Positions 1-10,729 of a stretch of DNA of 64,000 bases are shown one piece after another. Under the pieces are notes generated by a model. It did not search any database, had not been told where the DNA came from, and worked only from the letters and a program-made list of their open reading frames with translations. A program made the translations under genes and the position numbers. Positions within the stretch are counted from its first letter, which is position 1, and each line of letters starts with the position of its first letter. Origin of the DNA: an uncultured Lachnospiraceae bacterium (GTDB lineage Bacteria; Bacillota; Clostridia; Christensenellales; UBA1242); assembly GCA_964606505.1 (NCBI GenBank), contig CAZSGM010000004.1:39330-103329 (forward strand). The letters run 5' to 3'.

Positions 1-44
1 TCATTACGACATTAACGCGCAAATAACAACTAATAATTTAAAAA

Positions 45-1370
45 TTAGTTATGAACAACCTTAATTTCGATTTTTGCTTCAGGTTTGCGCTCACGTTTTG
101 GTTTTTCGACCTCAGCTGTCGCCTCTCCGCGCGTAATTTCCGCATCGCCTTTTCGGCTTAGGTAGTCGCGCGTTATAACGATTTTCTTGATTGTTTTGTC
201 CGATGGGATTTGATACATAAGTTCAAGCATACTCTCTTCCATAATTGTACGCAACCCACGCGCGCCCGTCCCGAGTTTAATTGCACGTTCAGCAACATAC
301 TTAATTGCGTCGTCGGTGAACTCAAGTTCGACGCCGTCGAGCGCAAACATCTGCTTGTACTGCTTGATTATACTATTTTTAGGCTTAGTGATGATGTTAA
401 TGAGCGACGCCTCGTCGAGCGGTTGCAACCCCGTAACGACTGGCAGACGCCCAACAAACTCGGGGATTAACCCAAACTTAATGAGGTCTTGCGGTTGCAT
501 ATCCTTAACAAACTTGTAATCCTTTTGCTCTGCTTGCTCGGCAGTTTCGACGGGTTCGGAAACAAATCCGACCGTTTTCTTCTCGCTCTTGCGTTCCTCA
601 ACAATTTTATCAAGCCCAACAAACGCCCCGCCACAAATAAACAAAATATTCGTCGTGTCGATAGGGATAGTCTCCTGCTGCGGGTGCTTCCTTCCGCCTT
701 GAGGTGGAACATTCGCAACCGTGCTTTCGAGTATTTTTAAAAGCGCCTGCTGCACGCCCTCGCCCGAAACATCCCTGCTGATTGACCTGTTTTCTGACTT
801 TTTCGCAATCTTGTCGATTTCGTCGATATAAATAATCCCGCGTTCGGCGCGCTTAACATCAAACTTCGCCTCAACGATAAGTTTTAGCAAAATGTTTTCA
901 ACATCATCGCCGACATAGCCTGCCTCAGTTAGCGTTGTTGCGTCCGCGCTAGCAAACGGAACGTCAAGGATTTTTGCAAGCGTTTTTGCTAGCAAAGTTT
1001 TGCCGCTGCCTGTGGGGCCAATGAGCAAAATGTTACTCTTGTCAAGTTCGACGCCCTCGTCTGAGCCAGCACATTCGGAAAGGTAGTTGATACGCTTATA
1101 GTGGTTGTAGACGGCGACCGACAAAATGCGCTTGGCGTCGTCCTGCCCTACTATAAACTCGTCCAAAAACTTCTTTATCTCCTCGGGCGGCAGTAGTTCC
1201 ACCTTTTCGGCAAGAGGCGCAACTTCCTCGTCGGCTTTAAGGATTTCGCGACAAACCTTAACGCAGGTGTCGCAAATGCAAATATCCCCGTCTGCGTTAG
1301 AAACTAATCTTCCCGTTTCTCTTTTGCTTCTTCCACAAAAGGAACATTTTAAATCGTCTTTGTATGCCAT
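45..1370 (-). CDS. clpX: ATP-dependent Clp protease ATP-binding subunit ClpX
   Basis: N-terminal C4 zinc finger (CSFCGR...CICDTC), Walker [31 protein letters not shown]; follows clpP. Confidence 0.98.
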   Translation of the reverse strand: MAYKDDLKCSFCGRSKRETGRLVSNADGDICICDTCVKVCREILKADEEVAPLAEKVELLPPEEIKKFLDEFIVGQDDAKRILSVAVYNHYKRINYLSECAGSDEGVELDKSNILLIGPTGSGKTLLAKTLAKILDVPFASADATTLTEAGYVGDDVENILLKLIVEAKFDVKRAERGIIYIDEIDKIAKKSENRSISRDVSGEGVQQALLKILESTVANVPPQGGRKHPQQETIPIDTTNILFICGGAFVGLDKIVEERKSEKKTVGFVSEPVETAEQAEQKDYKFVKDMQPQDLIKFGLIPEFVGRLPVVTGLQPLDEASLINIITKPKNSIIKQYKQMFALDGVELEFTDDAIKYVAERAIKLGTGARGLRTIMEESMLELMYQIPSDKTIKKIVITRDYLSRKGDAEITRGEATAEVEKPKRERKPEAKIEIKVVHN

Positions 1371-1382
1371 AAAATCTCCTTA

Positions 1383-1976
1383 CTAATTAAGTTTTGGACG
1401 TTCAATCATAATTCCGTCGATAATTCCGTAGTCTTTAGCGGCTTGCGCAGTCAGGTAGTTGTCCCTGTCGATGTCCTTAGAAATTGTTTCCTTGGATTTA
1501 CCCGTCGCTTTCGCCAAGAGGTCTATGCACTCGTTTTTGACAAGCTGCGACTCATTGGCTTGAATGACGATGTCGGTTGTTTGTCCTTGTGCGTAACCGT
1601 GAGGTTGGTGAATCATTATTCTGCTGTGAGGGAGCGCAAAACGCTTACCTTTCGTGCCGTTAGCAAGTATGAGCGAAGCCATAGACGCGGCGAGCCCGAC
1701 GCAAATCGTCGAAACATCGCACGAAATGAAATTCATTGTGTCAACAATTGACATACCCGAATAAACCTCGCCACCTGGGTTGTCGATATAAAGGAAGATG
1801 TCCTTATTTTTATCTTTGGACTCAAGATACAACATTTGAGCAATAACAGAGTTTGCAACGTCTGCGTCAATCGGCTGCGACGGCAAAAAGATTATTCTAT
1901 CTTCAAGCAAACGCGAATAAATATCGTAATTGAATACTCCGTTTGCGTTTTTCTCTATAACTGATGGTATTAACAT
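1383..1976 (-). CDS. clpP: ATP-dependent Clp protease proteolytic subunit
   Basis: [22 protein letters not shown] (catalytic Ser), RIMIHQP; tig-clpP-clpX synteny; GGAG RBS. Confidence 0.97.
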   Translation of the reverse strand: MLIPSVIEKNANGVFNYDIYSRLLEDRIIFLPSQPIDADVANSVIAQMLYLESKDKNKDIFLYIDNPGGEVYSGMSIVDTMNFISCDVSTICVGLAASMASLILANGTKGKRFALPHSRIMIHQPHGYAQGQTTDIVIQANESQLVKNECIDLLAKATGKSKETISKDIDRDNYLTAQAAKDYGIIDGIMIERPKLN

Positions 1977-2215
1977 TTTCTCTCCTTATAATTAAACTCC
2001 CCCATTCCTAACACCGTCTTACGGCAAACGCTCGGGCTAACCTTGGCAACAGTTGCAACGTCATAAGCAAGCATCGCAAGCCCTACAGCACCGCTACCCG
2101 CGCAACGACTGCAAAAACTTCCCGCGCTTGTGTCCTTGTAAGTCGTCTGCAAAACAACTGCTCGTTTGCAACCATTTTGCGGTGGTGCACATTTTTCAAG
2201 CCACGAAATCATAAA

Positions 2216-3511
2216 TTAGTCGACAAGTTTGTTTTGACTTGAAAGGAAGTCATATAGTTTATTGACCAAAACGCTGTTAATTATATAATCAAGTTGTTGG
2301 TCAGGGATAGATTTTTTAAATTCCTCAACTGTTTTGTGTGCGTTTCCAGCAAGTTCTTGGAGTTTTGCATCAATTTCGTCTTGGCTGATTTCGATTTTTT
2401 CAACTTCAACAATTTTTTGGAGAACGAGTCTAGTTTTGACTGCTTTCTCTGCGTCAGGGCGTTTTTCTTCCTTAATCTCTTCGATTGTTTGCCCTGCCAT
2501 TTTAGCGTATTGTTCAAGTGAAAGCCCTTGGTACATCAATCTGTATTCAAGGTCGTGCATAACATTTTCAAGTTGGTCATCAACCATTTTCTTTGGAATG
2601 TTTACCTTTGTTTTTTCAACGATAGCGTCAACAAGTGCGTTCTCTGTTTCTTGTTGTGCGCGCTCTCTTGCCTGGTTTTCGAGTGCGGAACGAATGAACG
2701 CGCGGAGTGCGTTTGCGTCCTCAAACTCGCCTAATGTCTTAGCGAATTCGTCTGTAAGTTCAGGCAACTTCTTTTGCAAAATTTCCTTAATTGTTACATA
2801 GAATACTGCGTCTTTGCCTGCCAAGTTCTTTGCGCCGTAATCTTCTGGGAACTTAACCTTAACGTCCTTAGTGTCGCCCTTTTTAAGCCCAACAAGTTGT
2901 TCCTCAAAAGTGTCGATAAATGAGTGTGAACCGATAGTCAAAGGATAATCCTCAGCAAGTCCGCCCTCAAATCTTTCGCCGTCGATTGTTCCGTCAAAGT
3001 CGATAACTGCGATGTCGCCGTTTTCAACCAATTTGTCGGCGTCGCACTCAACTTCGGTTGCTTGCGCTTCAAGCATATTGTTGATTTCCTTTTGAACATC
3101 CTCGTCGGAAACTTCACGCTTAACTTTCTTAACTTCAATGCCCTTGTACTCGCCCAACTCAACGTTTGGTGTAAGTTCGATAGTCATTGTAACCTTGTAG
3201 CCATTTTCGCCGATGTCCTCAATGTTAAATTCAGGGAACCCGTGCAACGGTTTTACTTCTTTGTTTTCGCTCAAGTATTGGATATAAAAATCCGTGATTG
3301 ATGCGTTAAAAGCTTCTTCAAAGAAGATGTTGTCGCCATAAAATTTCTCGATAACCTTTCTTGGCGCCTTGCCTTTTCTAAAACCCTCAATGCTGTACTT
3401 GCCGCGAGTTTTTTCGTAAGCCGTTTGCAAAGCCTTGTCCCATTCTTCTGCTTTCATTTCTACTGATAAAACGATTTTTTCTTCATCTTGACTGATTATT
3501 TTGTTTTCCAT
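2216..3511 (-). CDS. tig: trigger factor
   Basis: GFRKGKAP ribosome-binding motif, FKBP domain (IDFDG...FEGG...FEEQLVG...FPEDY). Confidence 0.97.
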   Translation of the reverse strand: MENKIISQDEEKIVLSVEMKAEEWDKALQTAYEKTRGKYSIEGFRKGKAPRKVIEKFYGDNIFFEEAFNASITDFYIQYLSENKEVKPLHGFPEFNIEDIGENGYKVTMTIELTPNVELGEYKGIEVKKVKREVSDEDVQKEINNMLEAQATEVECDADKLVENGDIAVIDFDGTIDGERFEGGLAEDYPLTIGSHSFIDTFEEQLVGLKKGDTKDVKVKFPEDYGAKNLAGKDAVFYVTIKEILQKKLPELTDEFAKTLGEFEDANALRAFIRSALENQARERAQQETENALVDAIVEKTKVNIPKKMVDDQLENVMHDLEYRLMYQGLSLEQYAKMAGQTIEEIKEEKRPDAEKAVKTRLVLQKIVEVEKIEISQDEIDAKLQELAGNAHKTVEEFKKSIPDQQLDYIINSVLVNKLYDFLSSQNKLVD

Positions 3512-3551
3512 TTTCCTCTCCTAATTTGACAAAAATGAGCGAAAGCATCGC

Positions 3552-3908
3552 TCAAAAACTTATTATTGAACGAATGAACATATAAAGTGTTACACAAGTC
3601 GCGATAACGCAAATAAAAACATAACTGTACCTGTCTAAGTCAAAATGTTTCTTCTTTTGCGCTCCAAAATCAAGCTCATCCTCATCTTCACTATTCATTA
3701 GTTCTTCAATTTGCTGATTGCGCTCAAGTTTCGCCTTATCTCGCGCGCTTTTGATAAAAACAAAGGTTAGTACCACAAAGAACGCAGTCAAACAGCCGAA
3801 CCCGACCATCAGCAACGCTGGTTCCACATTAGAAAGAACCAAAAATAATACTGCCATTGCACCAAGTGCTAACAGCGTATACCACAATATTTTTTGTTGT
3901 TTTTCCAT
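3552..3908 (-). CDS. hypothetical membrane protein (about 3 TM)
   Basis: Hydrophobic segments; start MEKQQ immediately after the stop of the upstream gene. Confidence 0.7.
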   Translation of the reverse strand: MEKQQKILWYTLLALGAMAVLFLVLSNVEPALLMVGFGCLTAFFVVLTFVFIKSARDKAKLERNQQIEELMNSEDEDELDFGAQKKKHFDLDRYSYVFICVIATCVTLYMFIRSIISF

Positions 3909-3909
3909 A

Positions 3910-4188
3910 TCACAAACCAATTAAGCAAATAAACACGATTATCAACACGAGCGAAACGATATAAATAATCGTAAACCAAACATTTTTCTTGCTACGGACA
4001 TAGTAATATGCCGCGATTGCAGTAATCAGGTACGCAAGAATGTTTGCAACCAAACGCATTGCGCTTGCGATACTTTGCCCTGCCTCAGCCCATCCCAAAA
4101 TTTTTGAAACGACGAGCGCAACTGCTACGAGCACGATACTAATGTACGCTAGCACGTTGAGAAATTTCCCAAAATCACCTTTAGCCAT
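3910..4188 (-). CDS. small hypothetical membrane protein (about 3 TM)
   Basis: Start MAKGDF at 4188 preceded by GAGGGAG; three hydrophobic helices. Confidence 0.75.
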   Translation of the reverse strand: MAKGDFGKFLNVLAYISIVLVAVALVVSKILGWAEAGQSIASAMRLVANILAYLITAIAAYYYVRSKKNVWFTIIYIVSLVLIIVFICLIGL

Positions 4189-4490
4189 ACAATCTCCCTC
4201 ATAATTATTTGCTTTGCTCATAAGTTTTGCAAGCAAAACACTCACAATTGACAACAAACAAAACACTGTGAAACTACCGATAAATGTAGTTTTTGCTTAA
4301 CAAAATCTTTCAATTCCGATTTCGCTATTGTATATTATATCAAGTTTTGAAACTTTTGTCTACACTTTTTACCTTTTAATTTGTAATTTTTGGCATTATT
4401 TTGTCAAGAAATGGCGTGAGTAAGTTCTTAAAAAACAAAAAAGCGGCGCAAAAAATCAAGCAAAACACCGCCTTCCTTTCGTTTTTGTTG

Positions 4491-5447
4491 CTAACTAAGT
4501 TTTTTTAACGTTGCCTCAAAATAGTCGGGCAGCGGCGCCTCAAACTCCCTAACTTCGCCGCTTTGCGGGTCGGTCAACACAAGTTTGTGGGCGTGCAAGA
4601 GTTGCCCGTTCAACTTAAAGTGCTGTTTTTTGTAACCATAGACTGGGTCGCCGACAATCGGATGCCCGATGTGTTTGCAGTGAACGCGAATTTGGTGCGT
4701 ACGCCCTGTTTTGAGTTCGCACTCAAGCAAGGTGTAGTTTTTGAACCTTTGGACGACCTTATAGAGCGTTACGGCGTGCTTGCCGATATTATTTTGGCAG
4801 ACGGCAAAACGCTTGCGGTCGGCAGGGTCGCGTGCAAGGTTGGTTTCAATTGTCCCGCTATCTTCCTTGACCACACCCTCGACGAGCGCATAATAAAAAC
4901 GTTTACAGGTTTTTTCTTCAATTTGTTTTGCAAGTGTTCTGTGCGCAACATCGTTTTTTGCGACGACAATCAGCCCCGATGTGTCTTTGTCAAGACGGTG
5001 CACAATCCCTGGGCGGATTTGTCCGTTGACGCTGCTGAGGTTTTTCATCGCAAACATTAGCGCGTTGACGAGCGTGCCGCTGTAGTTCCCCACCGCGGGG
5101 TGGACAACCATCCCTTGCGGCTTGTTTATTACCGCGTAATCGTCGTTTTGAAACACAATATCAAGCGGGATATCCTCGGGCACAACATCTATTTCGTCGG
5201 GTGCAAGGCTCAAAACAACTATTTCGTCGCCATTTTGCAGCATATAGCCCGCCTTAACCTGCTTGTCATTAACAAATATATCCCCGCTGTCGATGTGCTT
5301 TTTTAGTTGCGAGCGCGAGGTTTGCGGCAAAACACCTGCCAAAAATGTGTCGAGGCGCTGCGAAACACTTTCGCCAAATTTTAAAATTGTTGCGTCCTCC
5401 AAATCCTGAGCGTCAAAAACCGCGGATGCCTGCGTTTTATTCTTCAC
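4491..5447 (-). CDS. rluD: RluA/RluD-family pseudouridine synthase
   Basis: S4 domain (RLD...SRSQ), NKPQGMVVHP, HRLDKDTSG, GRTHQIRVH; downstream of lspA. Confidence 0.92.
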   Translation of the reverse strand: MKNKTQASAVFDAQDLEDATILKFGESVSQRLDTFLAGVLPQTSRSQLKKHIDSGDIFVNDKQVKAGYMLQNGDEIVVLSLAPDEIDVVPEDIPLDIVFQNDDYAVINKPQGMVVHPAVGNYSGTLVNALMFAMKNLSSVNGQIRPGIVHRLDKDTSGLIVVAKNDVAHRTLAKQIEEKTCKRFYYALVEGVVKEDSGTIETNLARDPADRKRFAVCQNNIGKHAVTLYKVVQRFKNYTLLECELKTGRTHQIRVHCKHIGHPIVGDPVYGYKKQHFKLNGQLLHAHKLVLTDPQSGEVREFEAPLPDYFEATLKKLS

Positions 5448-6102
5448 TTTTACCCTCGCTTTTTACTGGTTTTGAGTGTTTTACGTCAATAAACAACATC
5501 CAGACTGCCAAAACGATTACACCAACAGTGAGCGCGCAGTCGGCAATGTTGAAAATTGGAAAATCCATAAACTCAAGTTTAATAAAGTCGCGCACGTAAC
5601 CAAACGCGAGTCTGTCGACCAAGTTCCCAATTGTCCCGCCGATAATCAAAGCAACCGCCACATAGTACGTGTATCCGCGCTTTTTATCCATCGTCAAATA
5701 CTCAAACGCGATGAACCCCAGTACGAAAATAATCGAGAAAATCAGCAGTGCAACCGTTGCGTTTGAAAACATCGAGAACGCCGCGCCCGTGTTGTGCGCA
5801 AAGCCGTCAATACTGATAAACCCGTCGATAAATTTGTGCGTTGTGCCGTCAAACACCGACTTCAAAACCAAGTCAAGCACCAAAACAATCGCTATTATGC
5901 CAAAAAACAGCGCAAAGTGCCTCCACTTGTCTTTCACGCCCTGCATTGCGTAACCCTTGTTGCAGCGCGCTTTCAAAAACTTCGTGCACCTTTGCCCATT
6001 TGTGAGGGGAGCGGATTGGGTGCGCTCTTTTGTAAGGTCGTTATTTACATTGGGATTGTTTAAATCGCCGAGGTTGTTGTTTTCCATATTTTTGTTTTCC
6101 AT
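5437..6102 (-). CDS. lspA: lipoprotein signal peptidase II with N-terminal extension
   Basis: NTGAAFS, GNLVDRL, VRDFI, FNIAD motifs. Confidence 0.95.
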   Translation of the reverse strand: MENKNMENNNLGDLNNPNVNNDLTKERTQSAPLTNGQRCTKFLKARCNKGYAMQGVKDKWRHFALFFGIIAIVLVLDLVLKSVFDGTTHKFIDGFISIDGFAHNTGAAFSMFSNATVALLIFSIIFVLGFIAFEYLTMDKKRGYTYYVAVALIIGGTIGNLVDRLAFGYVRDFIKLEFMDFPIFNIADCALTVGVIVLAVWMLFIDVKHSKPVKSEGKSEE

Positions 6103-6205
6103 ATCATTATTTTACTTAATATGGACGCTTTTGTCAACTTTTTTGCGCCCGTTTGGCGGTTCCACGCTTAAAATATGGCATTCATCAGAAAAAACAAAAC
6201 AATGT

Positions 6206-6535
6206 TTACTTTTCTTTCATTAAAAGCGCTTTTATTTCTTCTACAAAAGTTTGTTTTGCACGATCGTCCTGCCCTCTTAGTTCGATATTGTAACGCATTA
6301 CAATACGCCTAATTAATTCGTAGTTGTCGATAGTTTTTCCGTCGGTGTAAAAGAATGTTACGTAGGTGTTTGAGTGACGAACAAAGCAGTGTCCGTCCTC
6401 AATAAAAAGTTCCTGCTCGCCGTCCTCAAATGGGATGACGTCAAAAAGTTCAGAAAGTTTTGACTCGCCAAATGGGTCGTCAATTAGTCGTATTAAAATT
6501 TCGCGAAATTTTCCATCAATCAAGTAATTTTTCAT
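6206..6535 (-). CDS. hypothetical protein
   Basis: 109-aa ORF with strong GGAGG RBS; no recognised motif. Confidence 0.7.
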   Translation of the reverse strand: MKNYLIDGKFREILIRLIDDPFGESKLSELFDVIPFEDGEQELFIEDGHCFVRHSNTYVTFFYTDGKTIDNYELIRRIVMRYNIELRGQDDRAKQTFVEEIKALLMKEK

Positions 6536-6618
6536 TTTAGTCCTCCTGTATTTTCGCTAAATTGTCAAGCAAACAATGAAAAAAGACAACAAAACAAGTA
6601 AGATTGTTGTCCTAAATA

Positions 6619-7020
6619 TTATTTCCCAAAAAATCTTTTTATTTCAGCTTTTGCGGTTTCTTCGCCGTCTGAGCCGTGAATAAGGTTTTGAGTCGTGTTG
6701 CAAGCAAAGTCGCCGCGGATTGTGCCGATTTCAGCCTCGAGCCATTTTGTCGCGCCCATCAATTTGCGCATTCCTGCGATAACTTCCTCTCCCTCAACAA
6801 TCATTCCCAAAACGGGACCACTTGTCATATACGAAACAATCTCAGGGAAAAATGGCTTGTCTGCCAAGTGCGCGTAGTGCTCTTCAAGTTGCGCTTGAGT
6901 AAGTGTAAACATTTTAGCGTCAACAATTTTAAAGCCCTTGTCCTCAATTCTCGAAATAATCTTTCCCATCAAGCCGCGTTTTACTGCGTCGGGTTTCAAC
7001 ATAATATAAGTTTGTTGCAT
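6619..7020 (-). CDS. ndk: nucleoside diphosphate kinase
   Basis: MLKPDAVKRGL, GTIRGDF, NLIHGSD active-site His. Confidence 0.97.
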   Translation of the reverse strand: MQQTYIMLKPDAVKRGLMGKIISRIEDKGFKIVDAKMFTLTQAQLEEHYAHLADKPFFPEIVSYMTSGPVLGMIVEGEEVIAGMRKLMGATKWLEAEIGTIRGDFACNTTQNLIHGSDGEETAKAEIKRFFGK

Positions 7021-7209
7021 AGTATTCTCCTTAATAATTGTTTTGAGTAGTTTTCTACCTTAACACGAAATATTTTACCATATTTTTTAGAAAAAATCAA
7101 ATTATTTTAAAGCATTTCGCTTATTAATAGTTGAATTTAAAGATTTAATGCAAAACTCCCGCGGTGAATAGTCAACACACAAAGCGATGCTTGCTAATAT
7201 ACTAATTTT

Positions 7210-8181
7210 ATGAATGAATACGAACTTTATTTGCAAAAAATTGCTGAACTTGAAAGGCTAGGTCTAACACCAAAAGTTTACGGCAAAACTCTTTTAGGAC
7301 AACCGCTTTACTATTACAAGTTATCAAAACGCGTCGACTTTAGGCAAAAGCCGCTAAAAATTTTGGTACAAGCAGGCATTCACGCCCGCGAATTTGTAAC
7401 GACGTTTTTAGTTTTTCGACTAATTGAGCACTGCAACATCCAGATTTACCGCGAGTTGTCTAAGTTGCACGCCGCTAAAAGGCACCCCTACTTACAACTT
7501 AACTACGAGTTGTATTTTGTTCCGAACACGAATGTGGACGGGTTCCGCATTTGCACTGAGGGGTTGAGTTTTTTGAGCGAAAAACCACAATGCGCGAAGG
7601 GCGCAGGCAGGCAGCATTGCGGGGCTAGGCGCAAGCAAATAGCTGACACGCTACTTGAGTTAAACCTAGGAAACAAGGATTTTTCACTTTGGAAAGCCAA
7701 CGCGCGCGGGGTTGACCTCAACGTCAATTTCGACGCGAGGTTTGGGACGGGCAGCAAAAACACGAGGCAGTTTGGAGCTGAGAACTGCACGGGCGACGCC
7801 CCACTATCCGAGCCGGAGACGCGAGCGCTTGTTGAATTAACGAACAAAATCAAGCCTGACCTAACGATTAGTTACCACAGCAAGGGGCAGGAAATTTACT
7901 ATCAATTTTACCAAGACTCGCAGCGGTTAGAGCGCGACAAGACGATTGCGCAGGCTATCGCGAGGACGACAAAATATAATGTCGCGGATGTGAGTGGCAC
8001 GAGCGCGGGCGGTTACAAAGATTACTGCATTGAAAAACTGAAAATTCCCGCGTTTACAATTGAGGTTGGCGACGACGCGCTTTCTCACCCGCTAAAACTT
8101 TCCAATCTCAAGCAGATTTACAAGGAAAACAAAAACGTCATTCACAACATCTTGAAATATTATTCAACGGCACATAAGTAG
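7210..8181 (+). CDS. M14 zinc carboxypeptidase (gamma-D-glutamyl-meso-DAP peptidase-like)
   Basis: GIHARE zinc motif, WKANARGVDLNVNF, SEPET, SYHSKG, FTIEVG. Confidence 0.88.
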   Translation: MNEYELYLQKIAELERLGLTPKVYGKTLLGQPLYYYKLSKRVDFRQKPLKILVQAGIHAREFVTTFLVFRLIEHCNIQIYRELSKLHAAKRHPYLQLNYELYFVPNTNVDGFRICTEGLSFLSEKPQCAKGAGRQHCGARRKQIADTLLELNLGNKDFSLWKANARGVDLNVNFDARFGTGSKNTRQFGAENCTGDAPLSEPETRALVELTNKIKPDLTISYHSKGQEIYYQFYQDSQRLERDKTIAQAIARTTKYNVADVSGTSAGGYKDYCIEKLKIPAFTIEVGDDALSHPLKLSNLKQIYKENKNVIHNILKYYSTAHK

Positions 8182-8374
8182 GCGCGAAGTTGGAACAAAA
8201 TAGCGGTTATACGACGGCAAAGTTGTTTTATAATGAAATGCAGGTTGTATAACGAAAATGGTATTTGGGTGCCGCACTGGTTATATACGGGAACTGGATT
8301 TAGGGAGACTATATGGGTTATAGACGAAGTTGTTGAGCAATGCAAGCAGATTGCACGTTGAGATTATCGGAGAG

Positions 8375-10295
8375 TTACACTACTGCAAAGTTGTTTGGTG
8401 GTGTGCCGCCTGAGGCAGTTATGGCGATTGTTCCACCTGCGCTAGAATCAGGAACAGTAAAGGTGTTGTCAGCCCCCAAGGTAAAGCCACTAGCAACAAT
8501 ATCAAACTCCCAAACGTATGGTTTACTGATTAGCACTTTGTAGTTTGCACCTTGTATGAGTTGGTAGGTAATAGTTTCCGTTTCTTTTATTCCCTCGAAG
8601 TAGTACTGACGGATTTCGGAGTAACCCCCACTATTGTTTAGTTGCAGCACATAAAGGAACAAGCCACCCTTTGGCGTGTCATTATTAAAGATAACAGTAA
8701 AAGATACCGCTGACGCAATAAACGCTACCAGTTTAGGGTATACTCCATCTTCAATGTACCACACGCTGGTATCCCAGCCCTCAAATGTAGCGGCAGATTT
8801 TAGGTTTAAATCGGCTTTTTCTGTCCCCGAGGCTATTGGATTTGTTATAGGCGTTGTACCACTCTTGCATTTATAATAGCAGTTTGTTATGGTAGTGGAA
8901 GAGTAAGGGCAAATATAACTGGCGCCCCCATCCGTGCCTGTAGCGGTTATAGAAACATTGTCTCCAAACTCAACATAGCAATCAGAAACGCCTCCATTAC
9001 TGCTGTATGTATTAACATCCCCACCAATTCCACCCGCATATCCTCCACTAAAATTACTATTGCTTATAACTGCAAAGCAATTAGATACTATCCCATATCT
9101 TCCCCTGCGAGACCGGCCTACAATTCCTCCAACTTTTTTACAATTTTGCGCATTTATTGAGCCAATAAATGCGCAATTGGAAACATGACCTGAATACCCA
9201 ATTATTCCACCAACATATAATTCAGTACCCCAATCATAAGTAGACCCAACATTCAATTCTCCGATAAAATAAGCCCCTACCACGCCGTAGCCACTCACAT
9301 AAGCATAACCTGCAACTCCACCAATATAACATTCTTGGGGAACTTTCTCAGTATAACAAGTAAAAAATAAGTTTCCCTTGCAGCCCACATTTTTAACCAC
9401 TCCATGCCCTACAACTCCACCATAGTAATAGTAGGCAGGTCTAGTATACGGATTATTAACTGAGTACACAACATTGTCTAAATATTCAACCATTAGGTTC
9501 TCAACATAGTAATAATCACTGTTCATTCCATAAATATATCCAAAAAGTCCTAGCGCATAAAAAGAATTGTATTCGTCGTATGCCATTGTAATACTAGACG
9601 CGGAGGCGGCTCTGATAGAAATAGTATGACCATTCCCATTAAAGTTACCATAAAAATTGTTGGAGTAATCTCCAATTGGCGTCCAAGTATCGGTAACTAT
9701 TGTGATGTCCTCAGTTAGTTCATAGTAGACTGGCGCTGAGGAAGTACCCCAATATGTACTATAATTGGTTGTCGTTGACAAAAACACCATATCCCCTGCG
9801 GATGTGATTTGGTAAGGATTTGTTTCCGACACGGCACCGCCATTTTTAGTGTTAAGGCTGCTGCTCGCGGTAGTCGCGGAGACAGTGCTGGCAGGTTCTT
9901 CGGCGGCGGTAACAACAGGTTGCGTTGTTAGTTGGAGTTCGTCGCCGTTCGGCGGGTCGCCTTGGGCAGGTGTTCCGCAAATCATTAGTCCAACACAGGA
10001 CAGCAACGCCAAAAGCCACATTAGTATTCCTAATGTAGCGCGGCGGTTGTTTTGTTTAATTATACCTGTTTTCTTGTTAGTTGCTCCCTTGAGGCAACTC
10101 CTATTTAAGTAACTGTTTTTATATCTAGTAATATGAGTTTGTTTGCAAACGCTCGTGTTTGTTTTGCGGGTGGCGCGGTCGCTGCAGCCCGCAGAAACAC
10201 TGTTTTTTTCGCCTGTTTCTACCTTTCGCGTTTGTCCACATTGTGGATTATTCTGAGACGCCCCCCCCCCCCAATTTAGTTAAGTACTTAACCAT
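8375..10295 (-). CDS. GLUG-type surface protein, frameshifted (OFF) at a G12 tract; 639 aa if G11
   Basis: AGGAG RBS and ATG at 10295 give MVKYLTKLGGGGVSE-stop. The frame of ORF 8375..10021 is open back to the tract (ASQNNPQCG...RRATLGILMWLLALLSCVGL). GLUG-like VGGIVG/IGGVAG repeats, NPYQI, WTPIG...FYGNFNGNGHTI. Confidence 0.85.
10261..10272 (-). repeat. poly-G12 homopolymer tract (candidate phase-variation switch)
   Basis: C12 on the + strand at 10261-10272, from codon 8 after the start. Confidence 0.9.
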
Positions 10296-10391
10296 TTTTT
10301 GTACACTCCTTACTGATTTATTCGTAAAAATTTTAACATAATAATTTTTTTATTCCAAATAGTTTTGCCCCATATTCTAAAAATTATTAAA

Positions 10392-10429
10392 AAAAAAGTG
10401 TGAAAATTTTTCATTTTTCACACTTTTTT
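10392..10429. promoter_or_regulatory. inverted repeat upstream of the surface-protein gene (terminator or operator)
   Basis: AAAAAAGTGTGAAAA...TTTTCACACTTTTTT; TAGAAT -10-like hexamer downstream on the minus strand. Confidence 0.5.
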
Positions 10430-10729
10430 CATTATTTTTACATTATTTACACTAATTATTATATTGTTTTCGTTGTTTTCACATATTTCTGTTATGCTTT
10501 TTGCGTTCACGCCATTTTTATTTTTTTACTTTTTGCTTTTTATCTGTCTTACACCCCTTACCACTTTAGGCGCTTGCCTTCTTTTTCATTACGTCCGTGG
10601 CTCTAGGCCTTAACATTTTGAACATCTTTAGTGTAGTTTACGCTTTAAAAGTGCTTGCCGTTTACACTTTTAAATATTTTACCCATTTACTCCAAATCAT
10701 TTGCAGTGTTTTGCGCGTCTTATTTGCTC

